Positions 38,935-49,192 of a stretch of DNA of 64,000 bases are shown here, piece by piece. Location: contig CAXXKJ010000002.1 in NCBI GenBank assembly GCA_963675295.2, forward strand, positions 3,936,001 through 4,000,000, read 5' to 3'. Positions within the stretch are counted from its first letter, which is position 1. Each line of letters starts with the position of its first letter. Position numbers and translations under genes: made by a program. The notes under the pieces are model-generated. The model saw only the letters and a list, made by a program, of their open reading frames with translations. It did not search any database and was not told the origin of the DNA. This DNA is from a bacterium (lineage in GTDB: Bacteria; Electryoneota; Electryoneia; Electryoneales; Electryoneaceae).

Positions 38935-39351
38935 TCAATCCTCAAGCTGATCGGCGAGGGTTACATGCTTTTCCTCGCGGACCTTTTCATCCATCTTGTC
39001 CTCGAACGCCTTCACTTTTTCGATCAGAGCATCATTGATAAACGGTTTCACGATGTAGTCATTCACGCCATAACGCAGCAGACGCTGGATAACCGCAGTC
39101 CGGTTTTCCGCAGTCACCGCAATGATTGGGACATTGTCCATGGAGGGAATCTGGCGAATACCCCTTACCAGTGAAAACCCACCCATGCCAGGCATGTAGA
39201 TGTCGGTCAGGATCAGGTCGACAGCCTTGAGGCGTGTCATCGCCTCGGTGCCATTGGCAGCTTCCACGATATCCGTGTAGCCGGCATTTTCCAGCGCGTG
39301 TCGGACGATCTTCCGCATCGCGCCGACATCATCGACGACCAGGATGCGCAC
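38935..39351 (-). CDS. Single-domain CheY-like response regulator
   Basis: ILVVDD, DLILTDIYMP, VTA, YIVKPF. Confidence 0.9.
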   Translation of the reverse strand: MRILVVDDVGAMRKIVRHALENAGYTDIVEAANGTEAMTRLKAVDLILTDIYMPGMGGFSLVRGIRQIPSMDNVPIIAVTAENRTAVIQRLLRYGVNDYIVKPFINDALIEKVKAFEDKMDEKVREEKHVTLADQLED

Positions 39352-39481
39352 GGTAACCTCACTCAGCAGAGTAGCAGGTCGGTATCAGAATCATCCACAA
39401 TATAATAAAAAAAATCCCAAATACGTAACCGAGCACCAAAAAAACTTAAAAATTGGTTCCCAAGAAGGCTAACTATCGTTG

Positions 39482-40018
39482 TCAACCCTTGTTTCTGTTG
39501 AAGAAACCGAGGATGACTCCCAGAGCCGTGGCCCAGATTGCGGCCAGACCGACCTGTAAATGACTGGGAAGACTGAAGGTTAGGGTGTGCGCGGGGATCC
39601 AGAACCATAATAGTGTCACCCACGCCTTCTGGAGGCTGGGCCAGTGCATCGGCTTCTTTTCGATGGCGTTATCAGTCCAACGGTGGAAGAGCATCATCAC
39701 CGGGCCGAAGAGGAGGTTGGTGACGGTTGAGACCGAGAGTGCGCGGACAAATCCGCTTTCGGCGGCGTGAAACCAGAAGCCTTTGTGGATGAGGGCGTCC
39801 ACGAAGCCGAAGAAGCCGGCAAACGCATACTTGAAGGAGATGCCGAGGAACGCCCAGACGGCGATCTTGGCGACCAGTTGCCAGCCGCCGAACAGGTGCC
39901 AGCGTCCAAGGCGGATGCGAATCGCGAGCAATTCCCCCACCATGCCGAGAATCGCGACCTGCACCGCGCTCGACAGGATGGGATGGTCAATCACAAAGCT
40001 GAGGTAGAGATCGATCAT
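39482..40018 (-). CDS. Membrane protein, Mpv17/PMP22-like
   Basis: Several TM segments; NLLFGP and WFWIPAHTLTF motifs. Confidence 0.6.
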   Translation of the reverse strand: MIDLYLSFVIDHPILSSAVQVAILGMVGELLAIRIRLGRWHLFGGWQLVAKIAVWAFLGISFKYAFAGFFGFVDALIHKGFWFHAAESGFVRALSVSTVTNLLFGPVMMLFHRWTDNAIEKKPMHWPSLQKAWVTLLWFWIPAHTLTFSLPSHLQVGLAAIWATALGVILGFFNRNKG

Positions 40019-40159
40019 GCGTTCCCCCGTGTTTCGGGGGAAGGTAGGAGTTCACGGGCTGCGTATGGCGAGCGAAGAGCCGGGTGTTCAAGCGAATGGT
40101 TGGCTTCGACATCGTCAGAAAACGTGCGGACTACCCCTGAGATACCACTTGCGGCAATA

Positions 40160-40189
40160 AAAAGGGCTTCCAGTTACCCGGAAGCCCTT
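40160..40189 (-). terminator. Terminator after the kor operon
   Basis: aagggcttcc...ggaagccctt with an adjacent A run (T run on minus). Confidence 0.75.
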
Positions 40190-40213
40190 GCTTGTCTTCA
40201 TCAGAAAACGATT

Positions 40214-40768
40214 CTACGCCATCGCGGCGTGCAGCTCCTTGGCGGCGTTGATGCCGACGTCCAGCGCCTTCATGTTGTACATCTCGGTGCCCTTCGGCGC
40301 GCGGCGTTTCAGTGCTTCGCGGATGGATTCTTCCGAGACGACGTCGGTCAGCGCGACCATGGTGCCGAGCGCGACGGCGGACGTGTAGACCATACGTCCG
40401 AGGTTTTTCGCGGTCAGGTCGATGATCGGAATCCGGTAGACGGTGTACAGCTCTTCGTGTTCCTTCGGGATCTCGACCAGGTTCGGATCGATCACGACCG
40501 GGACACCCGGTTTCAGGTCAATGCCGAACTGCTTGTACGACTTCGTCGCTAGTGAGAGGAAGAAGTCGATTTCCGAGGTACGCGGGAACAGGATCGCGTC
40601 GTCATCTACGATCACGTCAACTTTTGTCGGGCCTCCGCGAACCTGTGCGGTGTAGGTTGGCGAACCGGCGGCCTGCATGCCTTCGAGGAAGGCCGCGTCC
40701 GCGATGATGGTGCCGGCGAGGATGATACCCTGCCCGCCAACGGCTGAGAAACGTGCTTCGAAATGCAT
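40214..40768 (-). CDS. korC: 2-oxoacid:ferredoxin oxidoreductase gamma subunit
   Basis: GGQGIILAG, YTAQVRGG. Confidence 0.9.
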   Translation of the reverse strand: MHFEARFSAVGGQGIILAGTIIADAAFLEGMQAAGSPTYTAQVRGGPTKVDVIVDDDAILFPRTSEIDFFLSLATKSYKQFGIDLKPGVPVVIDPNLVEIPKEHEELYTVYRIPIIDLTAKNLGRMVYTSAVALGTMVALTDVVSEESIREALKRRAPKGTEMYNMKALDVGINAAKELHAAMA

Positions 40769-40780
40769 GGCGGTCCCCCC

Positions 40781-41608
40781 TTATGCCGACTGCTGTTCTG
40801 CCAACTTGGCGATCAGTTTCTCGTACGTATCGCAGTACTCGGGACGATCGATGTCTTCGTGCAGCACGCCCACCGGGAAGTGTTTCGCCCGGTCGCCGTC
40901 CGACATCTTTTCCCACTTGCGTTCCGAAACCGCGCGGTCGTTGATCCAGTTCACCATGTTCATCGGATCGGCCATTTTGTTGCGGCGGCCGAACTGGGTG
41001 TGGCAATTGGAGACGATCTCGAGGAAACTGAAGCCTTTGTGTTCGAAGGCTTTCTTCAGCAACTGGCTCAGCTGCTTGCCGTTGCCGACCTGGCCACGCG
41101 CAACGAAGCTGGCGCCCGCGCCGGTGAGCAATTTGACGAGATCGAAGGACGGTTCGAGATTGCCGTACGGCGCTGTCGCCGCCTTCGCACCCAGCGGCGT
41201 GGTCGGCGAATACTGGCCGCCGGTCATGCCGTAGATGTTGTTGTTGTTGATGATGACGGTGATATCGATGTTGCGGCGGGCGGCGTGGATCAGGTGATTG
41301 CCGCCGATCGCGGACCCGTCGCCATCACCGGAGATGACCACGACATGCTTGTCCTGGCGGTGCATCTTGATGCCGGTGGCGAAGCTGATCGCGCGGCCGT
41401 GCGTCGTGTGCAACGTATTGACGTTGAGATAGCCCGGCAGACGGCTGGTGCAGCCAATGCCGGAGACGACGGCGATATCTTCAGGCGCCCACTCGAGTTC
41501 GGAGAACGAGCGGATCATCGACTTCATCACGGTCCCGATCCCGCAGCCGGGGCACCACATGTGCGGCATTTTTTCCTGCCGAATGTAGGGCATGTAATCG
41601 AATGCCAT
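40781..41608 (-). CDS. korB: 2-oxoacid:ferredoxin oxidoreductase beta subunit
   Basis: WCPGCG, SGIGC, TTHGRA, GDGD TPP motif, YGMTGGQ. Confidence 0.93.
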   Translation of the reverse strand: MAFDYMPYIRQEKMPHMWCPGCGIGTVMKSMIRSFSELEWAPEDIAVVSGIGCTSRLPGYLNVNTLHTTHGRAISFATGIKMHRQDKHVVVISGDGDGSAIGGNHLIHAARRNIDITVIINNNNIYGMTGGQYSPTTPLGAKAATAPYGNLEPSFDLVKLLTGAGASFVARGQVGNGKQLSQLLKKAFEHKGFSFLEIVSNCHTQFGRRNKMADPMNMVNWINDRAVSERKWEKMSDGDRAKHFPVGVLHEDIDRPEYCDTYEKLIAKLAEQQSA

Positions 41609-42750
41609 CAGGCCACCTCCTCGATTGCGGCGAGAATTTCGTTCGGGTAGATGGGCACGCCACCGACCTTGTTCACTCGCTTGATGGGACGGTCGAAGTG
41701 CACCGCGCGTTCAACTTCGTAGACCATCTGGCCCATGTTGAATTCCGGTACGACGAGGTATTTCTTGTCGCGGCCGAATTCGTAGACCTGATCCTTCGGG
41801 AACGGCCACACGGTCACCGGGCGCAGCATGCCAACCTTGACACCGGCTTCGCGCGCCTTCTTCACCGCGGCCATGGCGGCGCGGGCGGTGGACCCGAAGC
41901 TGATGACACCGATTTCGGCGTCGTCGGCCATGTAGTACTCGACCTTGTCGATCTTGTCGCGATTGCCGAGCACCTTCCGGATATGGCGTTCCATGTCCAT
42001 CTTGATGTAGTCCGGGTTGGTTGTCGGAAACCCGGTGGCATCGTGGTTCAGGCCGGTCGTGTGCCACGTCGCGCCGTCGAAGTAGGGACGGAACGGCGGG
42101 ACGTCATCCTTCTTCACGTCGTACGGAAGGAATTTCTTCGGATCGCCGGTGTCCATCTTCCGGTTGATGATCTCGAACGAGCCGGGTTCGGGCGGGATAA
42201 CGCCTTCGCTGAGGTGACCGAGCACCTCATCCAGCAGCAGGATGACCGGCATCCGGAACTGTTCGGCGAGATTGAACGCCCGGATGGTCTCCATGTAGAT
42301 TTCCTGGTGGAAGGCCGGGGCGATGGCGATCGTCGGGTGGTCGCCGTGCGTTCCCCAACGTGCCTGCATCAGGTCGGCCTGCGCCGGGTGTGTCGGCAGG
42401 CCGGTGGAGGGACCGCCGCGCATCACGTTTACCACCACGCACGGTGCTTCGACCATGTAGCCGAAGCCGAGGTTTTCCAGCTTCAGGCTCATACCGGGGC
42501 CGGAGGTGGCGGTCAACGCTTTCGCGCCGGCCAGACTTGCGCCAACGACGGAGCCCATCGCGCCGATTTCATCTTCCATCTGGATGAAATGGCCGCCATG
42601 CCTCGGCAACAGCGCGCTCATGTGATGGGCGATTTCCGAGGACGGCGTAATCGGATAGCCGCCAAAGAAATTACACCCCGCCGCGATAGCGGCTTCCGCG
42701 ACAACGATGTTGCCGGGCCAGAATTTTACGTCGTGTCCGTTATCGGTCAT
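41608..42750 (-). CDS. korA: 2-oxoacid:ferredoxin oxidoreductase alpha subunit
   Basis: GYPITPSSE, QMEDE, TATSGPG, RGGPSTGLPT. Confidence 0.93.
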   Translation of the reverse strand: MTDNGHDVKFWPGNIVVAEAAIAAGCNFFGGYPITPSSEIAHHMSALLPRHGGHFIQMEDEIGAMGSVVGASLAGAKALTATSGPGMSLKLENLGFGYMVEAPCVVVNVMRGGPSTGLPTHPAQADLMQARWGTHGDHPTIAIAPAFHQEIYMETIRAFNLAEQFRMPVILLLDEVLGHLSEGVIPPEPGSFEIINRKMDTGDPKKFLPYDVKKDDVPPFRPYFDGATWHTTGLNHDATGFPTTNPDYIKMDMERHIRKVLGNRDKIDKVEYYMADDAEIGVISFGSTARAAMAAVKKAREAGVKVGMLRPVTVWPFPKDQVYEFGRDKKYLVVPEFNMGQMVYEVERAVHFDRPIKRVNKVGGVPIYPNEILAAIEEVA

Positions 42751-42822
42751 CTCTCAGCTCGCGTGAGATGGATTGGATACTCGTCCCCCGGTTCATGCCC
42801 GGCTGACGATCACGTGTTTTAA

Positions 42823-43098
42823 TCAGGCAACGGCCTTCTTTGTCTTCTTCTCACCTTTTTCGATGAGAATCGCGAAGTCCGGGCACTGCAGTTCGCACTG
42901 CATGCATGCAATGCAGGCGTCCGCGTCCACCACGACGGCGATGGTTCCCTGCCAGCGTGTGCCGACCGGTTCCATTTTGAGCACATCCGTCGGGCAGACT
43001 TCGACACAGATCGTACACCCTTTGCACCACTCTTCGAGGATGGTGATCTTGTGCCCTTTTTCCTCGCTCACGACGACGGTTTCGGTTACGTCTTTCAT
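42823..43098 (-). CDS. korD: 2[4Fe-4S] ferredoxin (delta subunit)
   Basis: CKGCTICVEVCP and CIACMQCELQCPD. Confidence 0.9.
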   Translation of the reverse strand: MKDVTETVVVSEEKGHKITILEEWCKGCTICVEVCPTDVLKMEPVGTRWQGTIAVVVDADACIACMQCELQCPDFAILIEKGEKKTKKAVA

Positions 43099-43791
43099 GG
43101 CGTCCTCCGCCGGAAGTTGGGCCGGCGTGTTCAAATGTGGAGAGGGGCGGAGTCTGTCCATCTGGACAAACGTCCACCCCTCGCTCTATTCAGACCGTAG
43201 ACCTGCGGGACGGTTGTCGACCGCTGGTCGTGGGTTGCTCATGTCTCAACTGTCTTTCACGGCTGTGCGTGATGGATGCCGTAGCCATGACCTTGGGTGG
43301 TTTTCCCATGTGCACGTTGGCTCGTGGAAAAAGGTACGTACGAGATAGCGTTAGGACAAAATAACACGAGTCCTGTCTCCCGGGGGCAACGGAAATAGCA
43401 TTATTTGCAGGCAGATTTGGTAAAATCTTGAATAATCACGAGTTTCACCGCTGCAAGCCGTGGTTGCATAACGGTTCAAGTCGCATTTTGATCTGAATAA
43501 CAACAAAGATATGATCATTTTTTCACAAAACGCCGGAATCTTATTGTCTATCAGCGATTGCTCTGTGCAATCTGAGGTGTGCGGGCAGACCGGGTTTGTG
43601 CCTCCATTCACCTGTTAAGTAAAATACCATAAATACAAGAACTTGCTACTATCACAAGACAACTCCAATTCACTCTTCAATTCCCTGGCTGCTGCCATAT
43701 CGGTTTTTCAGGCCTGTAAGTTGAGGTAGCTACTTGCTAAATACTCGCCACTTGAAGGCGTAAACGCCGGCATTCCGGGGGGAACTCGATC

Positions 43792-44919
43792 ATGATGTAT
43801 TACCTGCTGAAACGTTTGATCCGTCCGCGCGACGAGCGGGAACGGGCCGTCAAGAACCTGATCGCGTTGCGCAAGCAGCTGGACAAGGAGATTCCGGGCA
43901 AGGACCTCGGCGGGCATCTGCTGCTTGCGACGTGGAATATCCGTGACTTTGGCCGCACGGGGAACCGTTGGGGCTACGGTAAACGCATCCGTGAGTCGCA
44001 TTTTTACATCGCGGAGGTGTTATCGCGGTTCGATGTCGTCGCGGTGCAGGAGGTCAACGAGCTGGACGAGCTCGAGACAGTGATGGACATCCTCGGCCCG
44101 GATTTTGAGTACATCGCCACCGATCGTGACACGAATGTCGGCGCGAATGATGAGCGGATGGCGTTCATCTGGGACAAGCGCAAGGTGCGGTTCCAGCACA
44201 TCGCCGGGGAAATCGTGCTGCCGGACAGCATGCTGATCAGCAAGGTGCGTCTGGATACAGGCAGCGGGAAAAAGGTCAACGCCGGCAAGCAGTTCCGCCG
44301 GTCGCCGTTTGTCGTCACCTTCCAGAGTGGCTGGCTGAAGTTTGATCTCTGCACGGTGCACATCTACTACGGGGATGACGACGAGGACAGCGAGAAGCTG
44401 CAGGAACGTGTCGAAGAGATCGATCGTATTGCCAAGTGGCTGTCGAAACGGGCGGACAAGGACCTCAAGGACGGCAAGGCGTTGATCCTGCTCGGCGACT
44501 TCAACGTCGTTAACCCGAACCACAAGACGATGGATGCGTTGCTGGATAACGATTTCACGGTCCCCGAAGCGTTGCGCAGAAGCAGCAACCTGAAGGGTGA
44601 CATGTATTACGATCAGATCGCGTTCAAGACCGACTCGTTGACGATTGACTATATCGAAGCGGCCTCCGCGGAGGATACCGTCGCTGGAGTGTTCAACATC
44701 TTCCAGAACGTGATGAAACCGAGCCAGGCGAGCGACTACCTGGAGGAGATGAAGGAAACCACCGGCGCGGCGGGCAAAACGGACGACGAGCTGAAGGGTT
44801 CCTACTTCAAGAAGTGGCGCACCTACCAGTTCTCCGACCATAAGCCGCTGTGGGTCCGTCTGCGAACCGACAGCAGCGAGGCCTACCTGAAACGGATGCA
44901 GGAGGATCTGGCGGATTAG
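43792..44919 (+). CDS. Endonuclease/exonuclease/phosphatase (DNase I-like) protein
   Basis: ATWNI, AVQE, VHIYYG, LGDFN, YDQI, SDHKP. Confidence 0.9.
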   Translation: MMYYLLKRLIRPRDERERAVKNLIALRKQLDKEIPGKDLGGHLLLATWNIRDFGRTGNRWGYGKRIRESHFYIAEVLSRFDVVAVQEVNELDELETVMDILGPDFEYIATDRDTNVGANDERMAFIWDKRKVRFQHIAGEIVLPDSMLISKVRLDTGSGKKVNAGKQFRRSPFVVTFQSGWLKFDLCTVHIYYGDDDEDSEKLQERVEEIDRIAKWLSKRADKDLKDGKALILLGDFNVVNPNHKTMDALLDNDFTVPEALRRSSNLKGDMYYDQIAFKTDSLTIDYIEAASAEDTVAGVFNIFQNVMKPSQASDYLEEMKETTGAAGKTDDELKGSYFKKWRTYQFSDHKPLWVRLRTDSSEAYLKRMQEDLAD

Positions 44920-45266
44920 GGTTGGTGGTTTGCGATGAACGATACAGTTGTTTGATTAAGGGGGACATCTGTGGTACTTGAGGACTGTGGATCGGTCTGT
45001 CAATGCTGGGTCGTTCGCTGAGGTCGGGTTAGTGTGACGACTGGTTCAGTGCCATAGTTGTCCCCTCCTCGTGACGGGGCGAGCTGTCGGGGACAAGTGA
45101 ACGGTTTGACCCTGAAATCACGTGGCCAGACCAACCATCGCTTCACCTGCAACTCCCCGAACCCACCCTCGCAATCCGTTCACATGTCCCCCATTCAACG
45201 GATGACCCCAGACATGAATGTCCGGGGCATGGACCCGCGTGGACCGAGCCATCACGGGCAAGACAC

Positions 45267-46058
45267 CTAATCTTTGTTCTCAGGATTTCTTACACATGGC
45301 TTGTTGTTCAAATTATCAGCAGATCTATAGATTATTTCTGGATTTGTAGATCTATTAATTTGTAAAATAGCCACAGGAAATTTTGAGGGCTTATCATCTA
45401 TTCCTCCCTCAATGTACCTAGTCTCAAGTACGCCAAAGACCAATAAACCAGCATCTTTCAGTCTATCAAGCATCTCTTTCAAATTATATATTATATTCAT
45501 TTGATATGAAGCATTCATTTCAGACCACATATCCCCATATTCCTGAACAATAGATATAAAATCTCCAATTAATTCTGATTCATTTTTTGTTTTTGGTTCA
45601 TCAGAATCATATAGTAGAGCATAGGAATTTGATATTATATTAATAACATCTTTTCCGGTTTCTAGTTTATCTAAATACTCAGCAATATCTTCTTTCTTGC
45701 GTAAAATTCTTACTGGTTTATGTTCCTTCTTATTCAACGATTCAAAAACCCAGTTCTCATGTACTTCTTTTATCTTTCTTAACTTATCAACGGTATATTC
45801 TTTTGTTTGATCATCAATCATTTTATGATGTACTCGACACAGCAATATTATATTGTCAATATTGTCAATATCTGGAATGGGACAATTATTATCGTATCGC
45901 GGTCCCTTAGGGCTACTCGACACTATGTGGCACTCTTCTCCCACTACAGATTCCGGATCCTTGTCCGTGGGATCTATAACCAACACATTTCTACAAATAG
46001 CACAACGATTTCCTGACATTCCCCACAAGATTTTCCTCGTTCTGTCAGAAATGGCCAA
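45267..46058 (-). CDS. HNH endonuclease domain protein (AT-rich, probably recently acquired)
   Basis: RCAIC...ECHI....GPR...NIILLCRVHHKMID zinc-binding HNH; TTG start; markedly AT-rich. Confidence 0.88.
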   Translation of the reverse strand: MAISDRTRKILWGMSGNRCAICRNVLVIDPTDKDPESVVGEECHIVSSSPKGPRYDNNCPIPDIDNIDNIILLCRVHHKMIDDQTKEYTVDKLRKIKEVHENWVFESLNKKEHKPVRILRKKEDIAEYLDKLETGKDVINIISNSYALLYDSDEPKTKNESELIGDFISIVQEYGDMWSEMNASYQMNIIYNLKEMLDRLKDAGLLVFGVLETRYIEGGIDDKPSKFPVAILQINRSTNPEIIYRSADNLNNKPCVRNPENKD

Positions 46059-46088
46059 TGCTCTTCCCCCCGTTGATGCTTTGCAGTT

Positions 46089-47129
46089 TTAATGAGTACC
46101 CCAGCGGACGCCGACACTGACGCGGTGTGTCGCGCCGAGGTCTTCGTTGCCGATGAAGGTGTAGTCGAGCGCGACGCCGCCGATCAGCAGTCCGGCGCCG
46201 TAGGTGAGGCCGTCGCTGAATGCCTGGTCCGGGTCGGCACGGCGGCTGCCGTCATAGCCGATACGTGCGGCGACGATGTCACGAACGCGGTACTCAAGGC
46301 CGGCGTGCACAGCGAACGCGTCCGGATCGTCAATCGACTCCCCGCGCGCCTGGAATTCGACCACGGGCATGATCGTGGAGTACATCCGGGTCCAGTGGAA
46401 TTCGTAGGCCGCGCCGGCACGCAGGGTCGGGTAGATCACTTCCTGCCGGCCGGTGTCCCAGGTGAGCACGGTGACGATGGCGTCACGCAGCTGCGCGCCA
46501 ACATGCAGATCGCCGAAACTGCGGGAGTAGCCGAGGTCGATGCCGAGGCCGTAGCCGTTGGTGTCGTCGAGGTGCTTGTAGAGCAGTTTCGCTGACCCGC
46601 CGATGTTGCCCCAGGATCGTTGCCCGGCGTACGACAGCAGGAACGCGTACTCGGACGCGCTGGTCGAGCCGGTGCGGATGACCCGGTTGTCGATTCCGAT
46701 GTCCTGGCTCGGGTCGCGCAGGCGGGTGACCGGGATATCGTCGACTCCCTGCCGCACGAGGCCAAATCCGAGGTAGCGGTCGTTTTCGAGCCGCCGGACG
46801 TAGTCGACATGGTCGACCTTCACCGCCGATTCAAAGCGGTCGGCGTGCATCAGGGAAATCGCGTGGCCGTACGGGTTGGCCAACCGTGACGGGTTCGCGA
46901 GCACGGCGGACGGTCCCTCGGCAATCGAGACGCCGACACCGCCGAGTGCGAGCAGCCGGGCGGTGGATTGGCCGGTGAGGTAGTCGCCGGCGTACTTGGA
47001 CGAGAAGTCGAATTCCGCTCGTGCCGGGGTTGCGATCACGAACAGCAGGCAGAGTGTCATCAGCCCGGCGAGGGCCAGGTTTTGCTTGAGGTTGGCAGGC
47101 AGCGAGTTCATCATGAGAGCAGACCTCAT
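46089..47129 (-). CDS. PorV/UPF0164-like outer membrane beta-barrel
   Basis: Signal peptide, ARLLALGG...NPS, GIDLG, GLEY, LGATHRVS. Confidence 0.8.
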   Translation of the reverse strand: MRSALMMNSLPANLKQNLALAGLMTLCLLFVIATPARAEFDFSSKYAGDYLTGQSTARLLALGGVGVSIAEGPSAVLANPSRLANPYGHAISLMHADRFESAVKVDHVDYVRRLENDRYLGFGLVRQGVDDIPVTRLRDPSQDIGIDNRVIRTGSTSASEYAFLLSYAGQRSWGNIGGSAKLLYKHLDDTNGYGLGIDLGYSRSFGDLHVGAQLRDAIVTVLTWDTGRQEVIYPTLRAGAAYEFHWTRMYSTIMPVVEFQARGESIDDPDAFAVHAGLEYRVRDIVAARIGYDGSRRADPDQAFSDGLTYGAGLLIGGVALDYTFIGNEDLGATHRVSVGVRWGTH

Positions 47130-47507
47130 TTTCGTACCGGTTACCGGGTCGTGCAACCGGGGAAACAGAAACGCCCGAACCGGGGGCTCGGTTCCGAAGA
47201 CCGGCTGTGCACGTGCAACAGGAGGACGGAGCGAAGTTCGCTCCGCGGACCCTGATTCCTCACATCACCGTGCACAACGCTCGTATTCGGCAACCTCCTG
47301 TTCGGACGATCACTGATAAACTAACCGCTTGCGCGGCGATGAGCAAGCGGAGGACGGGTTTCAAGCGAATGCTGCGGCTCTCGGGATACAGTTCCGGTTT
47401 TCTCCCGGGGGAGGAACGGCCCCGGAGTCCGGATACACCTGTCAGCCGATTGCGCGCTAGCTTACGGTTGATACACTTCTTTGTTCACCAGCCGCAAGGA
47501 ATGTCCG

Positions 47508-48032
47508 ATGCATCCAGTATCCCCGACCCATCTGCGTGATGCCTGCCTCACCCTGATGCGTGAAGCCTACCCTGGCGGCGACCCGAACCACTGCTGGTTT
47601 ACCTGGGGCGGCCCGGAGTCCGGCGTTCTCGGGACGATTGCCGAGCTGAATGCGGAGGAGGCGTCCACTCCTACTCGTGACGGCGGCCCGACAGTCGCCG
47701 CGATTGCAGGTCATATCCGTTTCCTGCTGCAGTATGGCAACACCATGTTCCGTGGCGAAAAACCGTCGATGAGCTGGGACGACTCATGGCCGGTGCGTGG
47801 GGTGAACGAGGACCAGTGGCTGGCGTTGCAGAAGGACATCGAGACAGAGTATGCGACCGCGATTCAGTTGATCGAGAATTTTGAGCACTGGGACAACGAG
47901 ATGGTGATCACCGGCGCGTTCGGCCAGATCGCGCATGTGGCGTATCATTTGGGCGCGATGCGTCAGATGATGCTCGAGATTCTGCAGGCGGAAGACGAGA
48001 TAGAGGACGAAGATTTCGAAGACGAAGGTTGA
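47508..48032 (+). CDS. DinB-like protein
   Basis: TVAAIAGHI and AHVAYHLGAMRQ; acidic tail. Confidence 0.75.
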   Translation: MHPVSPTHLRDACLTLMREAYPGGDPNHCWFTWGGPESGVLGTIAELNAEEASTPTRDGGPTVAAIAGHIRFLLQYGNTMFRGEKPSMSWDDSWPVRGVNEDQWLALQKDIETEYATAIQLIENFEHWDNEMVITGAFGQIAHVAYHLGAMRQMMLEILQAEDEIEDEDFEDEG

Positions 48033-48053
48033 TTGATCACATGCCCACGACAT

Positions 48054-49115
48054 TCATGTCGTGGACGATCCGCGCCCTCGCACGGCATGAACCGCCAGGC
48101 TGATTGCGGTGAACACGGCAGACGCCCCGAGAAACGCCCACGCCGGCCAAGCGACACCCTCGGTGCCGAGCAGCAGCCACAGCAGATACCCCAGCGCCAA
48201 CACCAGCAGCAGCACCCCTTCGAGACGGGTGATCGTCATGCCGCTCACCGCCAACGGCAACACCAGCACCGCCGCACCGAGCACCATGGCCATGTCCGGT
48301 CCGACCATTGTCTCCGGCAATACGAGTTGACCACCCGCGACTCCGCTGAGTCCGAGAATCGCCAGCAGGTTGAACAGGTTCGAGCCGATCACGTTTCCGA
48401 CAGCGAGATCCGGCTGTCTGCGGATTGATGCCATCACGCTGGCGGCGACCTCCGGCAGTGAGGTGCCGATGGAGACAACAGTCACCGCGATCACCCGTTC
48501 ACTCACCCCTGCCCACATCGCAACTTCCACCGCGCCGTTGGTGAAGTAGCGTGAGCCGAAGGTCAGCGCGGTGATGCCGACCAGCAGGGATCCCGCCGCG
48601 TAGACAACCGCCCCGGCGCTGACCGGCTCGGGGGATTTTTCCTGCAACAGATCGTCCACGGTTCTGGTTTTACGCGCATTGAGGTACAGCGATCCGGTAT
48701 ACGCGACCAGGCCGATCAGCAGGATGAAGCCGTCGGTGGTGTTGAGGGAGCCGTCGCTGAGTAGGAACCACGCGCCGACGGTGACCGCGAGCAGGACCGG
48801 GATGTCACGCCGGACGAACCGTTCATTGACCGTCAACGGCAGAATCAACGCGCCCAGCCCAAGGATCAGCAGGATGTTGAGGATGTTGCTGCCGATGACA
48901 TTGCCCACCGCGACTGCGGGGAAATCGTTCGCGGCGGCGTTGACACTAACCGCGATTTCCGGCGCGCTGGTGCCCCACGCGACGACGGTCAGGCCGACCA
49001 GGATCGCGGGCGCGCGCAGGAGTTCGGCGGTCTTGATCGCGCCACGCACGACCAGTTCCGCGCCCGCGAGCAGCAGGATCAGTCCAAGCAGGGTGAGCAG
49101 GATGGCTTCGGCCAT
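48054..49115 (-). CDS. Calcium/sodium antiporter (YrbG family)
   Basis: Two alpha repeats GTSAPE / GTSLPE and GNVIGSN. Confidence 0.93.
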   Translation of the reverse strand: MAEAILLTLLGLILLLAGAELVVRGAIKTAELLRAPAILVGLTVVAWGTSAPEIAVSVNAAANDFPAVAVGNVIGSNILNILLILGLGALILPLTVNERFVRRDIPVLLAVTVGAWFLLSDGSLNTTDGFILLIGLVAYTGSLYLNARKTRTVDDLLQEKSPEPVSAGAVVYAAGSLLVGITALTFGSRYFTNGAVEVAMWAGVSERVIAVTVVSIGTSLPEVAASVMASIRRQPDLAVGNVIGSNLFNLLAILGLSGVAGGQLVLPETMVGPDMAMVLGAAVLVLPLAVSGMTITRLEGVLLLVLALGYLLWLLLGTEGVAWPAWAFLGASAVFTAISLAVHAVRGRGSSTT

Positions 49116-49192
49116 GGGTTGTCTTTCCGTTGGTTGCGGGGAAGATACAACGGACGGCGGACGGTGGGCCACGGTCGGCGGCTGTCGTAGAC

